Made by a program: the position numbers and the translations under genes. From IMG/VR virus record IMGVR_UViG_3300027977_000006: 64,000 nt of DNA. One strand, given 5' to 3'. Positions 47,979-58,800 of this stretch are shown piece after piece (within the stretch, counting starts at the first letter, position 1; each line of letters starts with the position of its first letter). This stretch comes from a virus (taxonomy: Duplodnaviria; Heunggongvirae; Uroviricota; Caudoviricetes). The notes under the pieces were generated by a model. It was not told the origin of the DNA and did no database searches. It saw only the letters and a program-made list of their open reading frames with translations.

Positions 47979-48212
47979 CTATAATTTAACGTTGTTTAGT
48001 ATATTCGTTATCTTTACACACATTTTTTCGTAACACTTTATCTTAGATGTTGTTGTTTTTAAATTAGAAACCTCTTCTTTACCATCATCAATAATGTCTT
48101 TTAGTTCTTTTAATATTGCATAGTGTTCATCATTAGGAGTTCTATTGCAAATCTTTTCTGTTAATTCTCTTAACTTTAAGATATTTTCACTAGGTATTTT
48201 GTGTGATGCCAT
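47979..48212 (-). CDS. Hypothetical protein
   Basis: 77 aa packed ORF. Confidence 0.6.
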   Translation of the reverse strand: MASHKIPSENILKLRELTEKICNRTPNDEHYAILKELKDIIDDGKEEVSNLKTTTSKIKCYEKMCVKITNILNNVKL

Positions 48213-48215
48213 TTT

Positions 48216-49007
48216 TTAGTTTTCTTTTAAACTACTTCTAAGCTCAACAAGTTTAGAAACATTCTTTATGAATTCTTCATTTATTTCTTGTTTGTCACTC
48301 AGTAATCTATCTTTTACTTGTAATAGTTTATCTTTTGTTTCCAAGTCAGAATCCTTTAGTTTTTCGTTAATCAAATCAATACACTCTCTAACAACTTTAC
48401 CATAAACTTCTTTCTTTTCATCATCAGTTGATTCAATCAATACTTTTATAATTTGTTTTTCTGATTCGTCTAGAGTACTGTATTTTTGATTATACTTGTC
48501 AACCATTATGGTTGTCAACATGCTATTCGGTAATTCTATGCTTTCAGTAATTACTTTCTCGTTGTTGTTAACGATGTAATCAACTATTTTGCTAGTCGCT
48601 TCAACTATTTTATCAATTGATTCTGGTGTTTTTTCTGTGAAGATAAGAGTAGAAATACTTTCGTATAAGTCTTTTTTATCATCTTCTATGTCTTTTTCAA
48701 ATAAAAGGTCAAGCACCAATTTTGAATTTGCTTCAAATATGTCTTTTTTATTGTATTTAGAAAACAAATCAATATTCTCTTTTACAAACATACTGGCCTT
48801 ATTGATATCTTTCTCTACTTTCTGTTCAATGTTAGTATAAACCAAAAATTGTGTTTTAAGTATTTCGTTTTCTTTTAAAGACTTAACATAGTTTTTAAAT
48901 AACTCTTTTTTTGATTTGTCCTCTGACATAACGCTTTCGGATAAAAGTGTGTTGTAAACACTTTTTATATTACCGAAATTTTTTGTTATTTTAGTTAAAT
49001 TTGTCAT
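48216..49007 (-). CDS. Helical head-associated protein
   Basis: 263 aa; late motif upstream; LSE/ITE/INE motifs. Confidence 0.6.
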   Translation of the reverse strand: MTNLTKITKNFGNIKSVYNTLLSESVMSEDKSKKELFKNYVKSLKENEILKTQFLVYTNIEQKVEKDINKASMFVKENIDLFSKYNKKDIFEANSKLVLDLLFEKDIEDDKKDLYESISTLIFTEKTPESIDKIVEATSKIVDYIVNNNEKVITESIELPNSMLTTIMVDKYNQKYSTLDESEKQIIKVLIESTDDEKKEVYGKVVRECIDLINEKLKDSDLETKDKLLQVKDRLLSDKQEINEEFIKNVSKLVELRSSLKEN

Positions 49008-49052
49008 GGTTCTATTTTACTTAATAAATATTGTTATTTTATGTAAAAGAGT

Positions 49053-52000
49053 CTACTCACCCAACATTTTATCAATGCCGTTTATCATATCATCAACATC
49101 TTTGTTTATTTTTACGTTTTTATCGTAAATTTTAACTCTCTCGTTAATCTCTTTTTTTGTTGGTATGATAGAGTCTAACAAAGCGTCAACAAATCTACCT
49201 TTATATTTTTTGGTTCTATCATCTAATTTCTTGGTCAATAATCTTTTTTGTTCTTTCAATAGCTTGTCAATTTTTTTAACTGATTCTGTTACTTCAGTTG
49301 GTGCAGCCTCTTCAGCGCCAGCCTCAGTAGCATCTTCTTCAGCACCACCTATCTCAGCACCAGCTTCAGCTTCAGCACCAGCTTCAGTAGCAGCTTCACC
49401 TTCACCTTCTTCGTCACCACCAAAATCTAGGTCTTCACCACCTACGCCTCCACCACCAAATGAACCGCCTAATCCACCACCACCACCACCACTTGTGGTT
49501 GTAGCACCTTTTTCCCCACTAGCGGCTTCTCCGCCTTCTCCATCACCTTTAAGTGCTGATTTTATGTCACCATATACTCTGTCAACTATATCAAACATAC
49601 CAGTATGTTTGATTACGTTAGAAGAATTAGCCAATTCAGCAGCAGCTGCTTTTTCAAGTCTTTGTTCAAGCAAATCTTTTTTGATTTCGTCATCAGACAT
49701 TCCTAATATATCTCGTTTAGCTCTAGTCATTGACATAGCTGCAAATCCATTACCAGCATCAGACACAGCATCTTTATAAAGTGTTACTTTAGATTGAGTG
49801 TGTTCAATTTTAAGCATCTCAGCTTGAGTAGATGGATTGTTAAGTGTAAGTGTAAAGTTATCAAAGTCCTCATCAAAACCTAACAAATACAAATGAATAA
49901 TCGCAATCTTATTAAGCTCTTGAAGCATTGATTGCTGAATTCTGTTTATGGTTCTAGAAAAACGAATGTCTTGCAAAGCAAGGTTTTTACCTTCACCAGT
50001 TGCTTCATCAAAACCTAAAAATGGTTTTGGTACACGCAAAGCTGTAAATAAATTATTTCTCAAATATTCAATATCAGCAATTTGGTCTAAGTTGCTAGCA
50101 CCTGGAAGTGTGTCAATAGGATTTGGTGCATCTTCAGAACGAACTGGAATAAAGAAGTCTTGGTCGTTAGATAATTGATTATATCTAAGGTCCATTTGGC
50201 CAGTTTGTGGGTCAGTAATTGGAATTCTCTTAAATCTATCAGCAATTTCATTTACGTATGCTGGTACATCAGCATCATCGATATTACCAACGTATATTTT
50301 ATAAACACGTCTTTCTGGCGCACGAGTTACACGATAAACCAACATAGAATCTTCAGATAAGATAAGCTGTTTCCAAATACGTCTAGCCTTTTCCAAAATT
50401 GAAGTACCATATGGTAAACGTCTGTCATCACCAGTTAATCTAAAGTGAGCAATTTGCCATGAATTAAACTCAACATCACGGCCTCTCCAGTAAAATTTAA
50501 CTTTGTCTGCAACTGCTACATTTGCATTTGGTGTTTCCCTACCAGTAATCATATCAAATAAACCACTTTCTCTTCTTTCCATTTCATAGTTTGGCATTTG
50601 TTTAGCGCCAGTAACACCATGCACGTCATCAATATTCAAAAACACAAAGTTGTCACCATATTTACAGTTGGACAAAAATACACCAGAAGTCCTTGAGTAT
50701 AAATCGTTTACATCTTTACCTAAGACTGGGAAATTATGTCTATCATGCTCACCGTTAGGACCAACAGCTTCCAAACAATAAACATCGGATGTTTCATTTA
50801 ATTTAACAATAGAAACAACTTTATGATTTAATAAGGTCTTTTCTTTGGTTTTTCCTAGATAGATTGCTTTAGCTTTTATATATGACTTGTCAATCACCAA
50901 ACTTGGTTTAATTGACAACACAAAATCAAAATAATTTTGGTTTGTTTTTCTAAATAATACTTTAGTTAAAGTAGTTGGGTTAATAGATTTTGCTATGTCT
51001 TTTCTTAATGAATAACCTTCTTTAAATAAATTAATAAATTCAGAATCATTTTTAAGCAATTCAGATAATTTATTAACACCAACATAGTTTTCGTTATTTT
51101 TTATTATATTTGAAATATAGTCAAAACAAGTATCAGTAATTTCTATAGTCATACCTTTTTTGGTTTGTTCTATAAATTCTCTATTTTTCCAATTTGATAA
51201 CATACCTTTTGAACGAATCTCATTATGTTCTGTATGTAAATCAGAATTATTATATGCTTCAAAATATTTAGGATAGATACCAGACATTTCAACACTTAAA
51301 CGTTCTCTTCTTTCATCTGAACGTAAATATTTATCGATACCTTCCATACGTTTTTTGATAACTTCTGGCGAACCTAATATTTTATCAAAATGGTCAACAT
51401 GTAATTTAAAATGGTCAGAATGGGTTAATCTAACTAAATTACTAGGGTGATTATTTAATTTATTAAAATCAGCATGATGTGTATCAAATTGACATCCAAC
51501 CGAAGTTTCATAATTTGAATCTCTAACACATTCATGTGCAACTAAAGAATGTGTAAATCTATATTTAGTTGTGTTAGGGTTATAAATTTTTTCATAGCCT
51601 ACGATACAATCTTTTTTCTTTTCACTTTTTCTAGTATAAAAAGGCATCAATGACTGACCTTTGGTTAATTCATCAGCTCTTTTGAATGAACCGTCTCTAA
51701 GCATATATTCGTGGTCTGGGGTTGTGTCAATGTGCGTACCATCATCAAGAGTAACACGATATAATTCAGAATCTTTTCTAGTAAGGTCACACCATATTAT
51801 TTTACTTGGTACAATTGCTTTGGTACCATCTTGTATAGCGTATGACCATATTTCTTCACCAGATTTAACTCTATTAGAAAGTTCTTTAATAGTTACCTCA
51901 GTACCATCTAATAATGGTATAACACTGTTTTCTCTGATAGGTGTATTTCTAGTCCACATTGGTAAAGATGTGTGAATATCTAATCTGTTGAAAAACAAAT

Positions 52001-52409
52001 CTTCTAAGATACCTTTAACACGACTGCTATCTGAATAAACATTAAGTACTTTACCTTTATCACTAAGAGTCGTTGACTCTTCTGCCATGATATCCAAAGC
52101 AGCTGCAATTATTGGGTAAAATTCCATTGCTTCAAAATCAGAATACGAACCAATACGAGTTGTTTCATAGTTTATTGATTGTTGAAAAAGGCCGCTTTCA
52201 ACCTTTTTCCACATTTGAGACAAATATTTGTTTTGTTGTGTTTGTAGTTTAGCTCTTTCAAAGTCAGCCTTGCTGTCTGTTTTAAGCAATACATCGTTAC
52301 CCATATTGTAACGTTGTGGTTGCGGTTGACTTTGTTTTAATTTTGCCGAATCAGGACCTAAAATTTGCCCTAATCTTTGAAATATAGTTAAATTTCTATT
52401 TTCTGCCAT
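49053..52409 (-). CDS. Portal protein (gp20-like) with intein
   Basis: AALDIMAEE, HFRL, YGTSILEKARR.WKQL.L.ED, RAPERRVYKIYVGN, DFFIP, LRVPK. Confidence 0.93.
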   Translation of the reverse strand: MAENRNLTIFQRLGQILGPDSAKLKQSQPQPQRYNMGNDVLLKTDSKADFERAKLQTQQNKYLSQMWKKVESGLFQQSINYETTRIGSYSDFEAMEFYPIIAAALDIMAEESTTLSDKGKVLNVYSDSSRVKGILEDLFFNRLDIHTSLPMWTRNTPIRENSVIPLLDGTEVTIKELSNRVKSGEEIWSYAIQDGTKAIVPSKIIWCDLTRKDSELYRVTLDDGTHIDTTPDHEYMLRDGSFKRADELTKGQSLMPFYTRKSEKKKDCIVGYEKIYNPNTTKYRFTHSLVAHECVRDSNYETSVGCQFDTHHADFNKLNNHPSNLVRLTHSDHFKLHVDHFDKILGSPEVIKKRMEGIDKYLRSDERRERLSVEMSGIYPKYFEAYNNSDLHTEHNEIRSKGMLSNWKNREFIEQTKKGMTIEITDTCFDYISNIIKNNENYVGVNKLSELLKNDSEFINLFKEGYSLRKDIAKSINPTTLTKVLFRKTNQNYFDFVLSIKPSLVIDKSYIKAKAIYLGKTKEKTLLNHKVVSIVKLNETSDVYCLEAVGPNGEHDRHNFPVLGKDVNDLYSRTSGVFLSNCKYGDNFVFLNIDDVHGVTGAKQMPNYEMERRESGLFDMITGRETPNANVAVADKVKFYWRGRDVEFNSWQIAHFRLTGDDRRLPYGTSILEKARRIWKQLILSEDSMLVYRVTRAPERRVYKIYVGNIDDADVPAYVNEIADRFKRIPITDPQTGQMDLRYNQLSNDQDFFIPVRSEDAPNPIDTLPGASNLDQIADIEYLRNNLFTALRVPKPFLGFDEATGEGKNLALQDIRFSRTINRIQQSMLQELNKIAIIHLYLLGFDEDFDNFTLTLNNPSTQAEMLKIEHTQSKVTLYKDAVSDAGNGFAAMSMTRAKRDILGMSDDEIKKDLLEQRLEKAAAAELANSSNVIKHTGMFDIVDRVYGDIKSALKGDGEGGEAASGEKGATTTSGGGGGGLGGSFGGGGVGGEDLDFGGDEEGEGEAATEAGAEAEAGAEIGGAEEDATEAGAEEAAPTEVTESVKKIDKLLKEQKRLLTKKLDDRTKKYKGRFVDALLDSIIPTKKEINERVKIYDKNVKINKDVDDMINGIDKMLGE
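50667..51941 (-). mobile_element. Atypical intein (425 aa) with HNH-type endonuclease in portal
   Basis: WTRNT|PIRENSVIPLLDG...TTPDH...HHADFNKLNNHPSNL...VYCLEA...GVFLSN|CKYGDNF. Confidence 0.85.
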
Positions 52410-52455
52410 AATATTATTTTTTTATAATGTAAGTTTTAATTCTAAAAAATAAAGA

Positions 52456-52689
52456 TTACTGTACGTAATCACATTCTACATATGCTAATCTTTCTTGCTC
52501 ACCTATTGGGCTAACAGATAAAGTATAAACATAATTAGTTATCCAATCCTGACCTTGAGACCCAGCCGTTGCATTACAGTAATATGGTTTTTTTTGAATG
52601 TTTTGGTTTTTCCTAACATTAGTTTCAATAGGTGACCATTTGTAAAGTTCAACACCGTAAGTTTTTAAAATAAATACTTTTTTTGCCAT
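52456..52689 (-). CDS. Hypothetical protein
   Basis: 77 aa between terminase and portal. Confidence 0.55.
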   Translation of the reverse strand: MAKKVFILKTYGVELYKWSPIETNVRKNQNIQKKPYYCNATAGSQGQDWITNYVYTLSVSPIGEQERLAYVECDYVQ

Positions 52690-52700
52690 TTTATTTAGAT

Positions 52701-54479
52701 TTATCTCATTCCGTTAAATAACCACATGTATTGCCCTAAAGGGTCTTGCATATTTTTAGAAATTGCTGGGTTAAATTTAGGTTTTGGCGTTGCCGCCTTA
52801 TGTCTGTTTTCTTTGCTAACAAAATTACCAGATGCTGGCTCTTCCTTTGTTGCTGGTGAACCAACAACCCAACTACTCAACATCGCTTTATTTTGTTTTT
52901 CTAATCTTTCTAGATTTTTAAAAGAATGTTCAATAACCCATAAACACATAGCCATAGCCATTAGCAAATCATCATGATAACCATCCATATGGTCTGGTCT
53001 ACCGTTTTTATAAATAAACGTTTTCATTTCAGACGTCATTCTAACTGAACGAATTTTAACAGCGTCTGTTCTAATTTTAAATTCCAAATTAGATACCATT
53101 GGTAAACGAACTGATGTTGCATGAAATCCTGGTATTTTATTATCTTTGTTAAAACTATTTAACTCTCTTTGCCTACTTGACAAAATTTTTCCATTTTGAT
53201 TATCATAATGTAATCTTTTATAACCAAACTCTAATAATTTAAGAATAGTAGAAACACCCATACCACCAGTTGCATCAACAACTGTATAAGCCTTATATAA
53301 ATCTCCGTATTCCTCAATTATTTGTGCTAATAAATCTGGTTGAATTTTGCCTTGATATTCAACCACTTGTTCCATTGTTGTAAAATCTAATATAACCATT
53401 GTAGATGAGTCTTCACCATCACCTCTAGATACATCGGAAGCTAAAATGTACTGATGTCCTTCTTGAGGTTCCGCCCAAATCCAAATGTCACCATCTGGCC
53501 CAGCTGTATACAACGGTTCCTTTACGTTAAAATTATTTTGATATTCGATATACTGTTCATCAATAACGTTTCCACCAGAACCAATAAAAGAAACATCCAA
53601 TTCTTGAGCAATCATCTTAGCGTCATTGTTCATACCACGACACATTTCTTCATACCATGAAGATGTTGGTTTCCAACCTTCTGAAATTCTTTTTTGGTAA
53701 GAATCGAAGGTAAATTCAACCTCGTGTTCTGTTACCTCATCTTTAGTCCAACGTAAATCTTTATTATAGCGCAAGTCTTCATACCATTTCATTTCAATGA
53801 TATTGAAATTGTTTTCCTTTTTTCTAGCTTGGTCGTATGTTTTGTAATATAAAGCATCCATACCTCTTGGTGTACTAATTAATATACAATGACCACCAGT
53901 ACCAAGTGCTGTGAGAGCAGCACCAAATACCTCAGCACCATTATCAATATATGCTGCTTCATCCATAATTAAATAAGTTGGTGTAAAACCACGCAAAGCA
54001 TCTTTAGATGTTGCCACCGCTTTTACACGGCTACCATTAGGTAGTTTTATTTCTTTTTTAGAGTCAGTAAGGAATATTGACTTTTCTTCATTTTTTTGAT
54101 TACCATAGTATTCAGCTCCCCAAACCCATCTTGGTAATTGTGAAACAAAATCTTTAATTTTAGCCAAAAATTCAAACGCCAATTCTTGTTTGTTCGCAAT
54201 GATTAGAACCGCTTCTGGATTTTCAGAGTCAGCAAAACTAACTTTAATTGACATATGAGCAGCTGTTGTGGTAGATACACCAGCCTGTCTTGGTTTTGTA
54301 ACTAAATTAAATCTATGCTTTTGATATGCGTGTATGATTTCTTTTTGTCTGGGAAATAACTTAAATGGTACAAAACCTTCTTGGGTTTTATCAAATGTCT
54401 CCAAATAAGTCTCAATAGCGTATATTGGACTAGTTAAACACTTTGCATATTCCTTAAAGATTTCTTCTCTACTTAGCAT
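52701..54479 (-). CDS. Terminase large subunit (gp17-like)
   Basis: KPRQAGVST, LIMDEAA, ILISTPRG, AQEL, ASDVSRGDGEDSS, HDDLLMA. Confidence 0.95.
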   Translation of the reverse strand: MLSREEIFKEYAKCLTSPIYAIETYLETFDKTQEGFVPFKLFPRQKEIIHAYQKHRFNLVTKPRQAGVSTTTAAHMSIKVSFADSENPEAVLIIANKQELAFEFLAKIKDFVSQLPRWVWGAEYYGNQKNEEKSIFLTDSKKEIKLPNGSRVKAVATSKDALRGFTPTYLIMDEAAYIDNGAEVFGAALTALGTGGHCILISTPRGMDALYYKTYDQARKKENNFNIIEMKWYEDLRYNKDLRWTKDEVTEHEVEFTFDSYQKRISEGWKPTSSWYEEMCRGMNNDAKMIAQELDVSFIGSGGNVIDEQYIEYQNNFNVKEPLYTAGPDGDIWIWAEPQEGHQYILASDVSRGDGEDSSTMVILDFTTMEQVVEYQGKIQPDLLAQIIEEYGDLYKAYTVVDATGGMGVSTILKLLEFGYKRLHYDNQNGKILSSRQRELNSFNKDNKIPGFHATSVRLPMVSNLEFKIRTDAVKIRSVRMTSEMKTFIYKNGRPDHMDGYHDDLLMAMAMCLWVIEHSFKNLERLEKQNKAMLSSWVVGSPATKEEPASGNFVSKENRHKAATPKPKFNPAISKNMQDPLGQYMWLFNGMR

Positions 54480-54509
54480 ATTATTTTATCTATAAATATG
54501 CCAATAAAG

Positions 54510-54536
54510 AATAAAGGCCCAGAATGGGCCTTTATT
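54510..54536 (-). terminator. Terminator hairpin
   Basis: AATAAAGGCCC-AGAAT-GGGCCTTTATT. Confidence 0.8.
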
Positions 54537-55807
54537 TAGAATAACTCATCAAAATCATAACCTTCTTTGGTATCATTCGATTCAATATCATCACCAAACA
54601 ATTCATCAAATCTATAACTTGATTTTTCTTCAGTTTGTGGTTCATTTGTTTTATCCAATTTGTCCATTGCTTCATTGAACTCGTCTTCTTGCATAGAAGC
54701 TTTTATTTCTTTAACAATGGTTTCTACTATGTTTTTTCCTTCCTTTGTTCCAGCCATAATTTCACGCATTTTGGGGTTAAATTCTCTAACTGGCAAAGAA
54801 GCCAAATCACAATAAATTTGGTGTTTTAAATGAAAATCGTCTGAGTCAATCATTGAAGTGAAACGACCCCATAATGCTGGCCCAAGTCTCATATCCCATG
54901 GTTCAGCAGCCAAGAAATCTGCTTTATTTATAACATATTCACCAATTCTTTTATCTTTTGGCAAACCATGTGCTGATATGAGCTCCATAACACCTTTAAC
55001 TAGTTCATGGATAAGCACTGGGAATACCATTGCTTGTGCATAAATAACAGCTTTAGGGTTAGATTGTGTTGGAAATTGAACTCTAACAACACCACCGTTA
55101 ACACCGTTTTCCATAGCTGGCATTATGTAATACATATAGTCAGCTGCTGACATCATTTTAGAATATTTGTTTGGTAAACGTGGGTCCAAGTCAGTCAATT
55201 CATCATCAACCATATGGTACATGTGATTTGTTTTTTTAGCAGCGCCTTGTATCATTGCATTCATAAACCTACGTTTATAAACTTCTTCATTTGCGCCAAC
55301 CATTTCATCATGGTTCGCAAATTCAACTTCAACAGCCATAGGCTTTGGATTCTTTTTGGTTCCAACCATGTTTATTTCTGAGGTTAATTCAGCGTGTATT
55401 TCAACAACATCTTCACTCATATCAAATTCTTCACGTATCATTTTCTCAGCCAATTCTTCCAAAGCTTTTTTGTGCTTCGCTTCAATACCCATAGTTTCAT
55501 AAACCATAGGCAACATTTCGTTCATTACATCAGCCTTATTTATTACATCAACATCGTGAGCTCTCTTATAACGATTGGCAACTTCTTTAAAACGTTCTCC
55601 CATTATTTTTTCTTCAAACATTGATTCGTCACCTTCTGGGAAAATAGGATGTTTACCCAAAGAATGTTTTCTCATCATCAAATCCTCTTCAAGTTTTGGA
55701 TGCATTCTCTCAGTCAAACCTTCTGGATATAAAACGCTTTCATTTAACGTTTTAGGTTTGCTGTTACTTTTAAGTGCGTTCTCAACTATTTTTCTGTAGT
55801 TACTCAT
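54536..55807 (-). CDS. Head-region hypothetical protein
   Basis: 423 aa; N-terminal leader ending LNE. Confidence 0.7.
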   Translation of the reverse strand: MSNYRKIVENALKSNSKPKTLNESVLYPEGLTERMHPKLEEDLMMRKHSLGKHPIFPEGDESMFEEKIMGERFKEVANRYKRAHDVDVINKADVMNEMLPMVYETMGIEAKHKKALEELAEKMIREEFDMSEDVVEIHAELTSEINMVGTKKNPKPMAVEVEFANHDEMVGANEEVYKRRFMNAMIQGAAKKTNHMYHMVDDELTDLDPRLPNKYSKMMSAADYMYYIMPAMENGVNGGVVRVQFPTQSNPKAVIYAQAMVFPVLIHELVKGVMELISAHGLPKDKRIGEYVINKADFLAAEPWDMRLGPALWGRFTSMIDSDDFHLKHQIYCDLASLPVREFNPKMREIMAGTKEGKNIVETIVKEIKASMQEDEFNEAMDKLDKTNEPQTEEKSSYRFDELFGDDIESNDTKEGYDFDELF

Positions 55808-56702
55808 TGTTAATATCTTTTACTTTGATAATTCTTTTTACTTTGCTCTCAGTTACTGGCTGTTGTGTATTAGCTTTTGACATGTCTTTTAACCCACTAA
55901 TTAACTGTGACAACCCATTTCTAGGAACTCCAATCATTTCAGCAAATGCCGCAATAACTTCTCTTTTAGCAACTGGTGTTTTAATAGTGTCTACGATATT
56001 TGAAGGAATTCTTTTTTTAATAAGGTCCATAAGTTTTTTTGCTTTTACATTCATTTCTTCGTCACTCTCTTCACCAGTTGGTGTCACTTCAGAAACCATG
56101 TGTTTTTTGGGACCAAAAACTTTACCTTCAAAATATTTTTTAAATTCTCTAATACTCATGTATCTTTCTTCTTCATTCATAGTCGCCTTAGCCAACTCCT
56201 CTATTGTTTTAAATTTTCTGAACTTACCAGTCTTTTCGTTAACAATATAATGTCTGTATTCACCCAAACCTAAAGTTGAATCTTGTTTTTTTACCTCATT
56301 TGACATTTCTACGGCTTCCTTCATTGGGTTTGCAATATTCTCTTCAAAATATTGCATATCGTGAATAATGTTGTTTCCTCTATCGTCCATATCATCAAAA
56401 CAATAAACACCCATAATAACATTGTTATCTGGGGTTAATGCTCTAACCATTTGATATGTTTTGTCGCCAATTGAAAATGGTTGTGATATCTCACCTGTTT
56501 CAGCATCTTTAACATTTGACAAATACTTAATAGTTGCTTGGTCTTGTGGTTCAATAACACCATCAGTTTCCATTATTTTCTTGTCAATTGGAACTATATT
56601 TACTTTTTGCCCTTTTAAATCGGACAATGTTTGTTTTAATTCTGATTTTGGTACCATGATTGTTGGCGTATCAGCTTCGTTTACTCTATTTTGTTTCTCC
56701 AT
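55800..56702 (-). CDS. Head-region hypothetical protein
   Basis: 300 aa; several x-x-E spacer motifs. Confidence 0.7.
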   Translation of the reverse strand: MEKQNRVNEADTPTIMVPKSELKQTLSDLKGQKVNIVPIDKKIMETDGVIEPQDQATIKYLSNVKDAETGEISQPFSIGDKTYQMVRALTPDNNVIMGVYCFDDMDDRGNNIIHDMQYFEENIANPMKEAVEMSNEVKKQDSTLGLGEYRHYIVNEKTGKFRKFKTIEELAKATMNEEERYMSIREFKKYFEGKVFGPKKHMVSEVTPTGEESDEEMNVKAKKLMDLIKKRIPSNIVDTIKTPVAKREVIAAFAEMIGVPRNGLSQLISGLKDMSKANTQQPVTESKVKRIIKVKDINNE

Positions 56703-57099
56703 GATATTTTTGATTATATTTTAATATTAGGTCTTTTTCATATAATTTTTCTTCGACTTCTTTTATTTTCTCGCCAAATTTAAAACAAAGTCTTTTATCT
56801 GGGTATGAATCATAAGCGTTTATATTTTCCCAAGCTAATCCAATAACCCCATCAACAGCATCCCAAACAGCAAATGTATCACTATTTTGAACAACATCCA
56901 ATTTTAGCTCTGATTCCAAACGCCCAACTTTTTTAATGAAATAGTCGTGTGGCGCCTGTGGTCTTCCAGAAGCTGGAAATGTGTCCCATTCTTCCCCATC
57001 AATATTTCTGGTTGTGTCCGAAAATATAAACTCAAACAAGTAATTACCTTGATAATCCTTGCCAACCATATTAACGTATATGAGATACAAATCTGCCAT
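56686..57099 (-). CDS. Hypothetical protein
   Basis: 137 aa; DAVDGVIGLAWE. Confidence 0.7.
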   Translation of the reverse strand: MADLYLIYVNMVGKDYQGNYLFEFIFSDTTRNIDGEEWDTFPASGRPQAPHDYFIKKVGRLESELKLDVVQNSDTFAVWDAVDGVIGLAWENINAYDSYPDKRLCFKFGEKIKEVEEKLYEKDLILKYNQKYHGETK

Positions 57100-58799
57100 T
57101 AATTTTCAGCTTTTGGGTCTGGTTGTACGTTAGGCATTGGTAAAAAAGGTTTATTTTTTCTACTTGGTTTAACAGGTTCAGTAAACGGCTCACTTGGAAC
57201 CTCTTTAGGTTTTACTGGTGCTGGTTGTGTCATTGGTTCACTCATAGTGTCTTCTTGATTAAATGATTCTCTTAAAATATTTTTAATATAGTTTTTAGGT
57301 TCAAAGATACTTAAATTTTCTAACATTGACAAGCTTTCGTTGCTTTTTTTACCCCAGCTTTCACCCTTTTTAGGTGTCCCACAAGCAGATGGAGTTGGTC
57401 TACAAGCTGGATACTTAGCTCTTTCTTCACCATCTTTTCTACCGCAAGATTTGCATTTTTTCCTACCAGTCTTAGTGTCTTTTCTGCATGTGTTGCAATC
57501 AACCCATCCTTGAGATTTTCCTTCACCACCTTTTCTAGAAAACCAACCATGAAGACCCTGTTCTTTTTCTTTTGAAAAGTCAGTTTTTTTGACTTCGTCT
57601 AATTCAATATTGTTTATTTTTAAATAATTGTCAATCCAAGCTTGTAGTTCATGAACATCTGGCGCATAGTTTTTACCTTTTCTTCTGGTAATTGCATCAT
57701 GCGCTTTTTTAATCATTTCTTTTGAATATTTTTCTCTGTCTTCTATGGATTCATTTCTTTTTTTTCTACCTTGACAATGAGCTCTTTGGCTAAATCCTTT
57801 TGGATTATTACAATCTATGCTTCTTTTGTATTTTTCAGACCATTTTTCTTCAATATTTTCCAAATCATCAAATGATTTTTTAAATTCATCTCTTTCAAAA
57901 TCTATTTTATTTTGATATTTAACAAATTCACTTTTTATTTCATCATAATCAATTGGATAAATATTGTCTAACATTATTGGTCTTTCTTCATAATTTCCAC
58001 CACCAAAGCTATTTAAATTACTAACAAACTTATCAAATCTAACAGTAACATATGGCTCATTATCATCAGTATAATTAATATAAGGAAATAAATAACCCTC
58101 TTCACCAGCAAATTCTTTACTAAATTTATGGTTAATCGGTTGTTCATTAACACTTTTTACTTTAACTTTTATTTCCAATTTACCAAAAGTACCACCATTT
58201 TGTTTAAAAATTTTACCTAAATTTAATTTTTTAAGCTTATCATCATTTGTTCCGCCAAGTAAAGCCAATTTATCTATATCTGGTAAATTATTAAAACCAC
58301 CGACTTTATTTATCTTTTCTAAAGCTTTATTTTGAAATTCTTCTTTATTTTCATTAGTTTTATTTCCCCAATTAGCAGCACCGACTTTACGACATTGAAC
58401 CAAGGAACCTGACCCATAAGCTGATGGCCATACGTCATATCTAGCCCTTACTTTATGATAACAAGCATCCTTTTTACCTTTTTTCTTTTTACCCTCTTCA
58501 ATAGCCTCATAAACAACTAATTCATCATCTTCAAATTTGGTTTCTATGATTTCAACCATCAAATCTACAGAACCTTTGATAACTCTATGAAATGTGTTTT
58601 TTGGTATGAAAAACTCTTCATTAACATTTAACTTTTTAGGTAATTCATTATCAAATTGAACCATCCAATCGTTTTCGTTTAAAGGAATAACTATTCTATC
58701 TTCACTATCACGATGCCATACCAGTTCTTCACTTTCAACAAGATGCGAAAATGTCCTTCTAATTATGTTTCCACTTTTTTGTTCTGTATATGGTTTCAT
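57099..58799 (-). CDS. Modular head protein (cupin-like plus several small Cys/Lys-rich modules)
   Basis: ATG 58799 follows the upstream stop; modules ELVWHRD...FHRVIKG, DACYHKV...CRKVG, WSEKYKRSIDC...HCQGRKK, GWVDCNTC...KYPACRPT. Confidence 0.75.
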   Translation of the reverse strand: MKPYTEQKSGNIIRRTFSHLVESEELVWHRDSEDRIVIPLNENDWMVQFDNELPKKLNVNEEFFIPKNTFHRVIKGSVDLMVEIIETKFEDDELVVYEAIEEGKKKKGKKDACYHKVRARYDVWPSAYGSGSLVQCRKVGAANWGNKTNENKEEFQNKALEKINKVGGFNNLPDIDKLALLGGTNDDKLKKLNLGKIFKQNGGTFGKLEIKVKVKSVNEQPINHKFSKEFAGEEGYLFPYINYTDDNEPYVTVRFDKFVSNLNSFGGGNYEERPIMLDNIYPIDYDEIKSEFVKYQNKIDFERDEFKKSFDDLENIEEKWSEKYKRSIDCNNPKGFSQRAHCQGRKKRNESIEDREKYSKEMIKKAHDAITRRKGKNYAPDVHELQAWIDNYLKINNIELDEVKKTDFSKEKEQGLHGWFSRKGGEGKSQGWVDCNTCRKDTKTGRKKCKSCGRKDGEERAKYPACRPTPSACGTPKKGESWGKKSNESLSMLENLSIFEPKNYIKNILRESFNQEDTMSEPMTQPAPVKPKEVPSEPFTEPVKPSRKNKPFLPMPNVQPDPKAEN

Positions 58800-58800
58800 G

